Positions 46,421 through 55,764 of a stretch of DNA of 64,000 bases are shown one piece after another. The notes beneath the pieces were generated by a model, which searched no databases, was not told where the DNA came from, and was given only the letters and a program-made list of their open reading frames with translations. The stretch's first letter is position 1; each line of letters opens with the position of its first letter. The DNA is from an uncultured Thermoplasmata archaeon (lineage in GTDB: Archaea; Thermoplasmatota; Thermoplasmata; Lutacidiplasmatales; UBA184). The stretch covers positions 40,795-104,794 of the forward strand of contig CAVZDD010000004.1 of assembly GCA_963773945.1 (NCBI GenBank), written 5' to 3'. The position numbers and the translations under genes are program-made.

Positions 46421-47005
46421 CTAGGCCACGGGCGCCGCGTCGGACGCCGCGGGTTCCGACGGCGCATAGTATCGCTTGAGCGACATGTATTCCTCGAACG
46501 AGATTTGTCGACGGGCCCGAACGGCCCCTGCCTGGCGCAAGGAGGTGATCTGGTAGGTGCGCAGCAACTCCTCCACCGACCGGGCTCCGGGGCGGGACGG
46601 CGCGGGAGGAGTCGACACGGCCTTCGGCGCGTCGGCCTCCGCGGTCCGCTCTGTTCCGCGGGCGCGAAGGAGGTCGTACTCGGCGTCGGTCAACTCGCCG
46701 TCGGCGTGGAGAAGCTCCACGAGCTCGATCTGCCGGGGTCGATAGGTCTCGAGGAGTTCTTCCAGGGTCCGATCCGGGCGGTCGACGACGAGCCCTCCCC
46801 GCCCGACGCCGGCGGTCTCGGAGGCGTGGGCGAGCCGGTCCGCGAGCTCCTTCAACGACCGGGCGAGCTCCGCGTCATCGAGCTCTCCGTCCCCGGCCTC
46901 CACAGGGAACCGGGCCGTCAGCCGGGCCCGTCGGGGCGCTCCATCGGGGGACGCCGGAAGCTCCTGCTCTACCGAGAGCTCGTACTCCTTTCGTCGCGGT
47001 ACCAT
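46421..47005 (-). CDS. hypothetical protein with two internal repeats
   Basis: The repeats are 'RTLEELLETYRPRQIELVELLHADGELTDAEYDLL' and 'RSVEELLRTYQITSLRQAGAVRARRQISFEEYMSL'. The start is taken at ATG 47005. The ORF is open to 47098. Confidence 0.5.
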   Translation of the reverse strand: MVPRRKEYELSVEQELPASPDGAPRRARLTARFPVEAGDGELDDAELARSLKELADRLAHASETAGVGRGGLVVDRPDRTLEELLETYRPRQIELVELLHADGELTDAEYDLLRARGTERTAEADAPKAVSTPPAPSRPGARSVEELLRTYQITSLRQAGAVRARRQISFEEYMSLKRYYAPSEPAASDAAPVA

Positions 47006-47140
47006 CGTTCCGCCGGAGGGGCTCCGGAAGAAAAGTACTCCCACCGCGGCGAGAGGTGAGGGGAAGGGAGCCGTGGGTCGCGGACTCCTCGTTCCCACCC
47101 CGCGGCCGGCTGATAAAATGTTGTTACTCGATTTCTGCGG

Positions 47141-47650
47141 GTGAGTATATATTCAGCAGGCCCCTGGTTCCCCGGAACGCACATGGTGTCGGTAAGCGCT
47201 CGCACGCACGCCGGGGACGGCCACACGGGCAAGGAAGCCTACACAGCCGAAGGGCGGGCGCTGTGCCCGGTGATGGCCGCAATCTCGATCATCGGAACCG
47301 AGTGGCGACTCGCAATCGCCCATCGACTGCTGGACGGCCCTCAGCGATTCAGCGAGCTCTTGCGTTCGAATTCCCGCCTCAACGCGAAGACCCTGAGTGC
47401 GACGCTGAAGTACCTCGAGAACGCCGGCGTCGTGCAACGCACGGTCGTCAGCACCCGGCCGTTCAGTGTCGTGTACTCGTTGACCGAAATGGGACTCGGC
47501 CTCGCTCCGGCCACGCGCGAGCTGCGCGCCTGGGGCGAGCGGTGGGTCCTGCCCCGCCTGAAGATCAAGGCGGCGAACGCGGCCGCGGCGTCGACCGTAC
47601 CGGCGGTGGCCCCTGCGTTGGCGGCCCCCCCGGGCGGCCGTCGTCGCTAG
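47141..47650 (+). CDS. HxlR-family winged-helix transcriptional regulator
   Basis: 'CPVMAAISIIGTEWRLAIAHRLLDGPQRFSELL...NAKTLSATLKYLENAGVVQRT' is the HxlR signature. ATG 47184 is an alternative start. Confidence 0.8.
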   Translation: MSIYSAGPWFPGTHMVSVSARTHAGDGHTGKEAYTAEGRALCPVMAAISIIGTEWRLAIAHRLLDGPQRFSELLRSNSRLNAKTLSATLKYLENAGVVQRTVVSTRPFSVVYSLTEMGLGLAPATRELRAWGERWVLPRLKIKAANAAAASTVPAVAPALAAPPGGRRR

Positions 47651-48383
47651 CACGTAACACCCCTTCGGAGGCGGTGTTTCACCGCCCCTCCCTCGGCGCC
47701 TCAAATAGGCCGGACCCCGATGAGGCTCCTGCACACCACCCCGAGGGTCCCGCCCTACATCGCATAGGAGAGACGGCACCGCGTCTTTCGCGTGCGGGGG
47801 GACCTTCACCCAGTGTTTTTTCTGGCTCTCCCGTAGCGAGAGCACTTTTCGCCGTTCACCGGCGCCCAAACCGATGGCATCCCCTCGAGGGATTCCGGTC
47901 TGTTCGTCATGTACGGTCCCCGGCCACGCCCCCGCATTCACCCCGCCGCGTTTCTTCCGCACGAAACGTTGCTCCGTCGAATGCGCGTTGGCCCCGGCAC
48001 CCGAGATTTGAGCGCACTCTGGCGACCCCTTCGACCTGGAGGACCCTCTTCCCGGCTCGCCGTCGCCCGTCCCGCTCCAACCCTGCGTCGCTAGCCTCTG
48101 GTTCGAGGTCCTGGGCGGACTCGACCGCCGGAGCTTGGGGAGCCGACCGGCTGCCGGGACCGGGCGCCGATCGGCTCCCCGTTCTGAGGAGATAGCGACT
48201 CAGCTCTTCCCGGTCTGCCTCGACCTGATTCGGCCGTCGAGGGGTGTGACAACGGTCCCGTTGTCACCGTGGACCCCCCGGAACGCCGTTCCCACCGTCT
48301 GACGGGGGCCCTCCGAGCCCGCGTCGCCGGACCCATCGTCTGCCTCCCTCTCCGGCGGGTCCGCCCGGCGGGGGGAGGTCCAG

Positions 48384-48746
48384 GTGTGCATCATGGAACC
48401 CTCTGCGGTCCTCTCAACGGCATCGAGACAACCCGTTCCCGTCGAACCCCTTCGCTGGCTGGACGACGCCGCCGACCCGATCTCCCAAGATTTCGAGACC
48501 CATCCGCAGGTCGACTACATCGGCCGGGTCCGCGTGCCCATTGCGGGGCCGTACCGCCCTTGGGCCCGACTCTACCGGCTCCCGGACTTGCGCCTCGTTT
48601 GGACCGTGCGACTGTGGGACCGAACCCGGGCGGTCCGTCGGGTCACCTCCACTCCCGTCCTCTTGGAGTTCGCTCGGGTCAACCGCCTGCCGACGCTGGC
48701 GTCGCGGGTCCGCTCGCTCGACCTCCGGGGTCGGAGCGACGCGTGA
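48384..48746 (+). CDS. hypothetical small protein, start/stop-coupled to the downstream ATPase
   Basis: 120-aa ORF with coding-like composition. Its TGA (48744-48746) overlaps GTG 48743 of the ATPase reading frame. Confidence 0.5.
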   Translation: MCIMEPSAVLSTASRQPVPVEPLRWLDDAADPISQDFETHPQVDYIGRVRVPIAGPYRPWARLYRLPDLRLVWTVRLWDRTRAVRRVTSTPVLLEFARVNRLPTLASRVRSLDLRGRSDA

Positions 48747-51409
48747 AGGCGACCCGGTCGCCCCCTCTCCCGGCGTATCGACTCGCGCCCGGCACCGGAC
48801 CCCGCTGGCTCGAACCCTTCCTGGCCCGGATGGTCGAGCGCCTGCGAGCCGGCCGAGTGGGCGACGCCTTGCTCATCGAGCAATGGTGGGACGGCCACTC
48901 CGGCGAAGTCCGTCTGCTTCCGTTCTCCATCGACCTTGCGCTGGCGATGGAAACGCTCGGGGAAAGTATCCCGATCCGATGGTCTCCGCGCTTGAGGGAC
49001 CACTCGAGTGAGCCGCCCCCCGGACTCGAGGAAGAATGGTTCCGAGTCGTCGGGTCCTCTCTTCGAGATTCCCGACCCGAGACTCCTAGGGTCGTCCCCC
49101 CCACGCGAGTCCCCGTCGACCGGAAGGAAAGTTCTCCGGGCGCAACGGCGTCGCCGGAAGCGGCGATGCTCCCCGCGAACCTTCTCCCGGTCGGTACGCC
49201 CTTCTGGGTAGCCCTGCAGACCCACTGGACGACGGGACCGGATGGCGAGGTGTGGGCCACGGTTCGGGGAAGGCTGGCCGCGGGCAATACCCCACAGCTC
49301 CGGGCCCTCGGGTCGGCGGTGGCTGTCCAGTTCCGCCGCTTCCGCTCGGGAACGTCCGACGCGCCGCTGGAGCTTCGCCGGATTCGATTCCCTCGACGAT
49401 GGCGGCACGTATGGGTCTCGGGGGCGCGTCCGTGGTGGGATGCGACGCGCTCGATTGCGCTCGGTCCGGATCTCGTGGCGGCGTCCGTCCCGTTTCCGAT
49501 GGGACCCGATCCGGACGACGACCCGCGCCTCCGGCATGCGGTGGTGTTGGGAGCCTCGGGGTCTGGCAAGACGGCGGCGCTCGCCCAGCTCGCGCGGCAG
49601 GCGCTCGGGGAAGGGCGCTCGGTCGTTCTCTTCGATGTCCACGGCGACCTCGCCCCTCGGGTCAGCTCCGGGCTTCCCCCCGCCCTCCGGGAACGCCTGG
49701 TCGGCATCGATGTGACCGGAACCCCCCGCGCCCTGCCGGGCCTTTCGGTCTTCGGTCCGGTACCCCGCGAGGACCAGGAGGCGCTCGTGGCGCATCTCGT
49801 AGCGGCCCTCAAGCGACTTTCCACCGAAAACGGAGAGACGTTCTGGGGATTCCGTCTCGAGCGGTTATTCGAGACCTTCCTGCACATCGTCCAGGCCCAA
49901 GGCGGGGACCTGGTCGACCTGTGGAGTTTGTTGACCGATCCCCGACGCCGCGACGCCGCTCGGCTCACGACCGATCGACCCGAGATCGCACGATTTCTCG
50001 AGGACCTCGATGGGATCGTGCGTCGTCAACCGGAGTTCCTCTGGCCGGCCGCCTCTCGCGTGGCCAAGGTCGTCGCCTCGCCGCTGCTCGCCGCCCTCCT
50101 CGCCCCGCAGGAGCGTTCCCTCGAAGTCGGGGAGCGGTTGCTCCACGGCGATTCCACGATCTGGCGCCTCCCGATCGGCGAGCTGGGTCCGGAGGGGGTA
50201 ACCTTCGCGGTGACCCTGTTACTGACCCGGGTCTACCTCGAGGAAGTTCGTCGCGCCTCGCACGCGGGGCCGGCGCCCGAGCTCCGGGTTTTGTTCGTGC
50301 TCGACGAGGCCCACCTGTTCCCCGCTCGTCTTTTGAGTGAGATCGTCGCCGAGGGGCGAAAGTTCGGCCTAGGGCTGGTCCTCGCGACGCAGTACCCCAC
50401 CCGACTCGCCCTCGAATTACGGGAGGCGCTCACCGGAGCGGCCGGCACCGTCTACCTGTTCCGGGTACCCTGGGCTTCGGCCGTGGCGACCGGCAGCTGG
50501 GCGGGTCTCGGTCCGGACACCGCGCAGAGGACCCTCCCCTTCCTTCCCCCCGGTTGGGCGGTGGTCAGCTCGACCGGCCCGAATGCCGACCGGCGCCTCG
50601 TCGCCATGCCTCCGAGCCCGCCGGCGGATCTCCACGCCTGGCAATCCATCGTGCAGCGATCCGCCGACCTTTACGGGTCGCCGGTCCAGTACGGGGCCGG
50701 GGGAGAAACCGGCTCGGCCGATCAGTTGGAGGAAACCCTCCTCCTCGGATTGGTCGGTCTCGACGCCGAAGGGGGGGCCGCCACGCGCTCCCGATTGTTG
50801 CGCTGGGCCGACTTCGACGACCGCTTGGATCCGGTGCTCGCCGTGCAGGCCCTCGAGGGCCTTCACCGGCGCGGCTGGGTCTCCCGGAGCGGGGAGGCGC
50901 TCTTCCTCTCGCCGGCCGGTGCTGACCGCATCGGACTCAGCGCCCGGACCGGCGCCCGGCCGGAGAGTGTGGAACATCGCGCGTTGCTGGTGGCGGCCCT
51001 TCGCATCTTCGCGCATCACCACGAACGGCTCGAGATCCTCCGTCAGGGTCGATTCGACACGCGGCTGCCCGACGGACGCGTCCCCCTGCTGCCTCCGCCC
51101 CACCGGCGCGGGAGTCCGGCGGAACTCGCGGACTCCCTGGACCGACGCCGAGCGGATTGGCTCTGGCGCTGCTTTGGGGGTCGGGATGTCCACGTAGAGG
51201 CGGAAGTTTCCGGCGCTACGCGTCGGGAACGGATCGAACGCGATTGGACGAAGGCCCGGGACGCTGGAGCCTTTCTCCTCGTGCTCGTCGGCGACGCCGG
51301 CCGCGCTCGGTCGGTGCGTCGGTACCTGCAGCGCCTCGACGTCCCGCGAACCCGGGCCGCGGTCTGGACGCTTCCATCCGCCCGCAACGTCTTACCGACT
51401 CGGGACTGA
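48743..51409 (+). CDS. HerA/FtsK-superfamily (DUF87 / TraG-like) P-loop ATPase with C-terminal wHTH and PD-(D/E)xK-like domain
   Basis: It has Walker A 'VVLGASGSGKT', Walker B 'VLFVLDEAHLF' and 'GRKFGLGLVLATQYPTRL...TVYLFRV' (HerA/DUF87-like). The C-terminus has a wHTH-like 'RSRLLRWA...ALEGLHRRGWVSRSGEALFLSPAG'. This is followed by 'SVEHRALL...LPDGRV...DVHVEAEVSG', an E/D/E.E nuclease-like pattern. The ORF is open from 48269, but that part looks non-coding. Confidence 0.65.
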   Translation: MKATRSPPLPAYRLAPGTGPRWLEPFLARMVERLRAGRVGDALLIEQWWDGHSGEVRLLPFSIDLALAMETLGESIPIRWSPRLRDHSSEPPPGLEEEWFRVVGSSLRDSRPETPRVVPPTRVPVDRKESSPGATASPEAAMLPANLLPVGTPFWVALQTHWTTGPDGEVWATVRGRLAAGNTPQLRALGSAVAVQFRRFRSGTSDAPLELRRIRFPRRWRHVWVSGARPWWDATRSIALGPDLVAASVPFPMGPDPDDDPRLRHAVVLGASGSGKTAALAQLARQALGEGRSVVLFDVHGDLAPRVSSGLPPALRERLVGIDVTGTPRALPGLSVFGPVPREDQEALVAHLVAALKRLSTENGETFWGFRLERLFETFLHIVQAQGGDLVDLWSLLTDPRRRDAARLTTDRPEIARFLEDLDGIVRRQPEFLWPAASRVAKVVASPLLAALLAPQERSLEVGERLLHGDSTIWRLPIGELGPEGVTFAVTLLLTRVYLEEVRRASHAGPAPELRVLFVLDEAHLFPARLLSEIVAEGRKFGLGLVLATQYPTRLALELREALTGAAGTVYLFRVPWASAVATGSWAGLGPDTAQRTLPFLPPGWAVVSSTGPNADRRLVAMPPSPPADLHAWQSIVQRSADLYGSPVQYGAGGETGSADQLEETLLLGLVGLDAEGGAATRSRLLRWADFDDRLDPVLAVQALEGLHRRGWVSRSGEALFLSPAGADRIGLSARTGARPESVEHRALLVAALRIFAHHHERLEILRQGRFDTRLPDGRVPLLPPPHRRGSPAELADSLDRRRADWLWRCFGGRDVHVEAEVSGATRRERIERDWTKARDAGAFLLVLVGDAGRARSVRRYLQRLDVPRTRAAVWTLPSARNVLPTRD

Positions 51410-51426
51410 GAGGAATCCGACGAGGC

Positions 51427-51971
51427 ATGCGCGCATTCGTGGCCGTCGACCTTCCGCCCTTGCGGGAGCCCCTCCCCCCGGTCTCCGGCCGGAGGACCAC
51501 CTCACACTCCATTTCTTTGAGGACCTCTCGGTCGACCGGATTCCCACCGTGGTGGACGCCCTGCGCGAGACCGCCGCCTCTACGGGCCCCTTTGGGCTGG
51601 AGATCCGCGGGGTGGGGGCCTTCCCGAATCCCCAGCGACCTCGCGTGGTCTGGGCCGGCGTGGGGGACGGTTCGGAGACGCTCCAAGGGGTGGCGACGCG
51701 GCTGCGTCAGGGGCTCTCCTCCCGCGGGTTTCCCACGGAACTTCGACCGTTCGTGCCACACCTCACTCTCACCCGCATCCGGTCCCCCCGCGAGGCGAGC
51801 TGGGCGCACCGATTCCTCGCCGATCCGGACAACACGACGCGCGTCTGGACCCGGGCCACGGTCTCGGAGCTCCTGCTCCAAGAGAGCGATCTCCTCCCCA
51901 CGGGGGCCCGCCATACGGTCCGGGAACGGGTGGCCCTGGGAGCAGGAGCGCGGCCCTCGGAGGGGTCCTAG
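51427..51971 (+). CDS. RNA 2',3'-cyclic phosphodiesterase (LigT/ThpR, 2H family), apparent frameshift
   Basis: The start 'MRAFVAVDLPP' is at ATG 51427. The two H.T(L) motifs 'HLTLHF' and 'HLTLTRI' are in the frame of ORF 51549..51971. The frames join at the C6 run 51474-51479. Confidence 0.75.
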
Positions 51972-52123
51972 ACTACCCCCGGGCGGTTCCCGGCCCCGGA
52001 CAATTCCCCGAAAACGGTCCTCGCTCACCTCCGGTCGGGCTCCGGACGGATTAAGAGCCTCTCCCCCGCTCTAGGGAGGTCGCTCCTCCCGACTCCGGGT
52101 CTCCCGGAACGGCGAGCCGGACC

Positions 52124-54271
52124 ATGCGACACGTGACGAACCTCCGAACGACCGGCCCCACCGCTCCGGCGTTTCGGCTCGCGCTCGTCGTCGGTCTGGT
52201 CCTGCTCCTCGGGACCACCGCCCTTCGAACTCCCGTCGCCCTGCCCGTCCCGGGCTCGCCGTTGGTCCCGGCGATCAGCGGGCCGTGTCTCGGCCTTGGC
52301 GTCCCCACGAAGGCCACAGGCACGCTCGCCCTCGTGGGCACGTCGACGCCGTTGCCGTCGATCACCGGCGTATCGGTTCGGGTCGATTACTTCTACACGG
52401 AGGAGACCACGACGGGCGCCGACACGAACGAGAGCTGCGTGCCGACCAGCGCGTCCAGCCTCACGGGTTCCGGGGGGTCCATCGCCGTGCCCCTCCCCCT
52501 CCCCGTCAGCCGGTGCGTGTCGGGCGTTTGCGTCGATTATCTCGGCCCTTACGGACCACTCGGGTACGCGACGTCTGGCGCGCCGGCCGGATTCTTCGAG
52601 CAGGACCCGACGAACGGCACGAACTCTGGCGCCATCCTGTGGGACGCGGACCTCTACACCGCGCAGATGAACCGGACCGGCTCACACGTCGTGAGCGTCA
52701 ACGCCCTGGTGTCCGTATCGGCCTCGGCATGGAACGTCGTCGGGACCCCGGCGCCGGGCCCGCTCTCCTACACGTGGAACCTGACGGGACTCGACTGGTT
52801 TCCGTCCGGCCTCACGGCCCCGAACATCACGGTGCAGGGAAAGGACAGCACGTGGGTTGGATCGCTCAGCGTCACGGTCCAAGGCAGCTACGGGGGCACG
52901 ACGGAATCCGCGCGATCCCCCGTGCTCTCGCTCGACCCCCTAGCGACCACGGCCTCCTCGGCCACGACGTCGCCCAATCCACTGGACCCGGGGGTCCCGG
53001 TCACTTTCGTCGCGACCGGCAACGGCGCGGCGGGTTACCCCTACACGCTCACCGTGGACCCGGGCGCGGGGACCCTGCCGATGAGTGCTCCGTGTGAACC
53101 CACCCCGCTCGTGAACGGCACGGTGAATGTGACCTGCCAGGTGGAGGCGGCGTATCCCACCGCAGGGAACGTGACCCCGACGGGCTCGATCTCGAACGGC
53201 GACTCCTCCGCGTCCCTCTCCTTCCTCCCCATCGCCGTACATCCGGTCGAGCAGGTCTCGCTGACCGCGACGAAGTACGTCACCTATCCCAACCGGACCG
53301 TCGTGCTCACCGTGACCGTCACGAACGGGACCGGGAGCAGCCCCTACGGACCGGCCTGCCTCTCGGTGAACGCGGGATCGCCGCTGACCTGTCAACCCCC
53401 GAACGGCACTTCATGGGTCTTCAACGAAAGTTTTCCCACGCCGGACAATTACACCGTCCGGGCCTTCGTCGCCGACCGGTTCGGAGAGAACGTCTCGGCC
53501 GCTGCCGAGGTCGTGATCGTCCCCACTCTCACGGTTCGCGTAAACGGAAGCGCCTCGATCTCGGTCCCGGCGAACGAGACCCACGCCCTGGTGGCCGTCG
53601 TCGCCGGGGGCGCCCTGCCGATCCAGGCGGTGTGGAACAGTTCGGGAACGACCCGAATCGCGTGTCCGAACCTGATCGTCTCCGACGGGGCCGTTCCCTG
53701 CAACTTCTCGGTCTCCTCCCCGGTCCGCCTCAACGTGACCCTGACGCTCACGGATGCGCTCGGCAGCGTGGCCTCGGTGGTCTTCCGGGTCACCGTGACG
53801 GCGGCGTCGGTCCCCCCTAGCTCACGTGCCGCCGGCGCCCTCCCGACGGCGACCTGGGTCGCGCTCGGAGCCTTAGGGGCTGTCGTCGCCGCGGCGCTCC
53901 TGATCGCGCTGGTCGTGCGACGGCGCACCCGCCGCCGTCCCGGAGCCACGGTGGAGGAGACCGAACTCGAGCGAATGGCCCGGGGCCGGGACCATCTCCT
54001 CGCCCACGCCGACCCCGTCACGCCCCGGCGACCCGACGAGCTCGTGGCGGACTGGACAGGGCCGCCGGTCGCGCCGGAGGAATGGGCCGAGTGGATCGCC
54101 GCGCTCGTCGCCGACGGCAGCCTGATCCCGATCCGGGGCTTCGACCACCGGCTGGCCTACCGCCGGTCCACCCCTCGGGCGGTGACCCCCACGATCCAGT
54201 TCGACCCCTCCGCGTTGGACGCGAAGGGACTCCCGACCGAGGAGGACGACGACGGTCAAGGCGGTGGGTGA
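52124..54271 (+). CDS. large Ig-like repeat surface (glyco)protein with C-terminal TM anchor and cytoplasmic tail
   Basis: 715-aa ORF. It has an N-terminal hydrophobic signal/anchor, many N-x-S/T sequons and repeated beta-rich modules. The TM 'WVALGALGAVVAAALLIALVV' is followed by RRRTRRR and an acidic helical tail of about 120 aa. Confidence 0.7.
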   Translation: MRHVTNLRTTGPTAPAFRLALVVGLVLLLGTTALRTPVALPVPGSPLVPAISGPCLGLGVPTKATGTLALVGTSTPLPSITGVSVRVDYFYTEETTTGADTNESCVPTSASSLTGSGGSIAVPLPLPVSRCVSGVCVDYLGPYGPLGYATSGAPAGFFEQDPTNGTNSGAILWDADLYTAQMNRTGSHVVSVNALVSVSASAWNVVGTPAPGPLSYTWNLTGLDWFPSGLTAPNITVQGKDSTWVGSLSVTVQGSYGGTTESARSPVLSLDPLATTASSATTSPNPLDPGVPVTFVATGNGAAGYPYTLTVDPGAGTLPMSAPCEPTPLVNGTVNVTCQVEAAYPTAGNVTPTGSISNGDSSASLSFLPIAVHPVEQVSLTATKYVTYPNRTVVLTVTVTNGTGSSPYGPACLSVNAGSPLTCQPPNGTSWVFNESFPTPDNYTVRAFVADRFGENVSAAAEVVIVPTLTVRVNGSASISVPANETHALVAVVAGGALPIQAVWNSSGTTRIACPNLIVSDGAVPCNFSVSSPVRLNVTLTLTDALGSVASVVFRVTVTAASVPPSSRAAGALPTATWVALGALGAVVAAALLIALVVRRRTRRRPGATVEETELERMARGRDHLLAHADPVTPRRPDELVADWTGPPVAPEEWAEWIAALVADGSLIPIRGFDHRLAYRRSTPRAVTPTIQFDPSALDAKGLPTEEDDDGQGGG

Positions 54272-55590
54272 CCGACGAGGTCGTAGTACCGATACGCCGC
54301 CTCACCGGCCCCGAAACAGAAGCGGAGTCCGGTGAAGCCGGACTTGAAGGCGGCGGCGTCGGCCGCCACCGACTCGGGCGCCTTGCCCCGGTGCAACAGG
54401 TCGTCCATCAGCTCCGCGATCCGGACCATCTCCTTCTCGGTCATTCCGACCCGGGTCACTTCGGGCGTCCCCAGCCGGATCCCGCCGGGGTGCTTGGGGC
54501 TCGTATCGCCCGGGAGGAGGTTCTTGTTGGTGATGAATCCCGCGTCCGCGAGTCGACGGGCGACCTCTTCGCCGCCGCCTTCGCGGCTCACCCGGACGGC
54601 GAGCGTGTGGGAGGCGGTGAAGCCGAGCTTCTCACCGAGCACGTCGAAGCCCCGGGCGTGGAGCGCGGCGCCCAGCGCCTTCGCGTTCGCGATCACTTGT
54701 CGGGCGTAAGCGCGGCCGAACGCCAGATGTTCGGCAAGGCTGACCGCGAGCGCCGCCATCGTGTGGAGGTGGTGGTTGCTTGTCACGCCGGGGAAGGCCG
54801 CCGACGTGAGGCGCTTCGTGACTTCCGCGTCGTCGGTGTTCCCGAGCAGGATCCCATGCTGCGGGCCGGGGAGCGTCTTGTGGGTCGACGCGGAGAGCAC
54901 GACGCATCCCTCGTGGAGCGGGTCCTGGAACTCCCCCCCTGCGATCAGCCCCAGCACGTGGGCGGCATCGTACCAGCCTCGGGCGCCGATGTCCTCGAGG
55001 GTGGACGAGAGCTCCTGCACGGGCAGCGGGAAGAGGAACAGCGAGAGGCCGAAGAGGGCGAGCTTGGGTCGCACGGCGCGCAAGATCTCCTTCGTGCGCG
55101 GCACGTCGATCGTCATCCGCTCCGGGTCCCACGCGTAATAGACCGGTTTCACTCCCCGCAGGCCGAAAGCGCCGAACGAGGCGCTCGAGATGTGCGCTCC
55201 GTCGGCGAGCCGGCAGGTGCCGACGAGGTCCCCGGGCTCGGCCATCGCCTTGAGCACCGCCAGGTTCGCCACCGTGCCCGAGATTGGCCGCACGTCGGCG
55301 AAGGAGCATCGGAACAGCCGCTTCGCGAGGTCGAGGCAGAGCGTTTCCACCTCGTCAACCTGTTCGTTCCCCTCGTAGTAGCGTTCCCCGGGAAGCCCCT
55401 CGGCGTACCGGGAATGAAAATCACTGATGAGCAGTTCCTTTGCGTACGGCGAGAGCAGGTTCTCGCTCGCGATGAGCGGAATGGCCCGCTCGAAGCGGGT
55501 CGAGTGCCGGCGCACGGCGTCCCGGACGCGCTCCACCGTCTGCGCCATCTCGCCCTCGACCGAGGGATCGTGGGTCGGCGGCTCCGGCAC
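54256..55590 (-). CDS. glyA: serine hydroxymethyltransferase
   Basis: 'LIASENLLSP', 'RYYEGNEQVDEVE' and the PLP-lysine motif 'STHKTLPGPQHG'. ATG 55548 is an alternative start. Confidence 0.9.
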   Translation of the reverse strand: MPEPPTHDPSVEGEMAQTVERVRDAVRRHSTRFERAIPLIASENLLSPYAKELLISDFHSRYAEGLPGERYYEGNEQVDEVETLCLDLAKRLFRCSFADVRPISGTVANLAVLKAMAEPGDLVGTCRLADGAHISSASFGAFGLRGVKPVYYAWDPERMTIDVPRTKEILRAVRPKLALFGLSLFLFPLPVQELSSTLEDIGARGWYDAAHVLGLIAGGEFQDPLHEGCVVLSASTHKTLPGPQHGILLGNTDDAEVTKRLTSAAFPGVTSNHHLHTMAALAVSLAEHLAFGRAYARQVIANAKALGAALHARGFDVLGEKLGFTASHTLAVRVSREGGGEEVARRLADAGFITNKNLLPGDTSPKHPGGIRLGTPEVTRVGMTEKEMVRIAELMDDLLHRGKAPESVAADAAAFKSGFTGLRFCFGAGEAAYRYYDLVGHPPP

Positions 55591-55731
55591 TACCCCCCCA
55601 CCCCCTTGCTTCCACTGGAGTCCCGGGAAGGCCTCGGCACGTCAAACCACCCGACGCGACGCGCGACCAGAACCCACCCCTGTGTCTCCAGACAAAGGAT
55701 CCCTGCCCGAGGCCGTCCCACCATCCATTAC

Positions 55732-55739
55732 CATATAAT
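55732..55739 (+). promoter_or_regulatory. TATA box CATATAAT
   Basis: It is centred about 29 nt upstream of ATG 55765, which supports a leaderless thioesterase start. Confidence 0.4.
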
Positions 55740-55764
55740 CCGGACGACCGCTGCCTCCCTCCCG

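Noticed and set aside
48269-48742. N-terminal extension of the ATPase ORF, giving a total of 1046 aa.
   Set aside because: This part is Arg/Pro/Gly-rich. It is overlapped by the better-looking 48384..48746 ORF, whose stop overlaps an in-frame GTG at 48743.
48743-51409. Calling this ATPase the VirD4-type coupling protein of the 11.6-18.2 kb operon.
   Set aside because: It is 31 kb away with housekeeping genes in between. Its motifs are closer to HerA/DUF87 than to TraD/VirD4. It is kept only as an alternative hypothesis.
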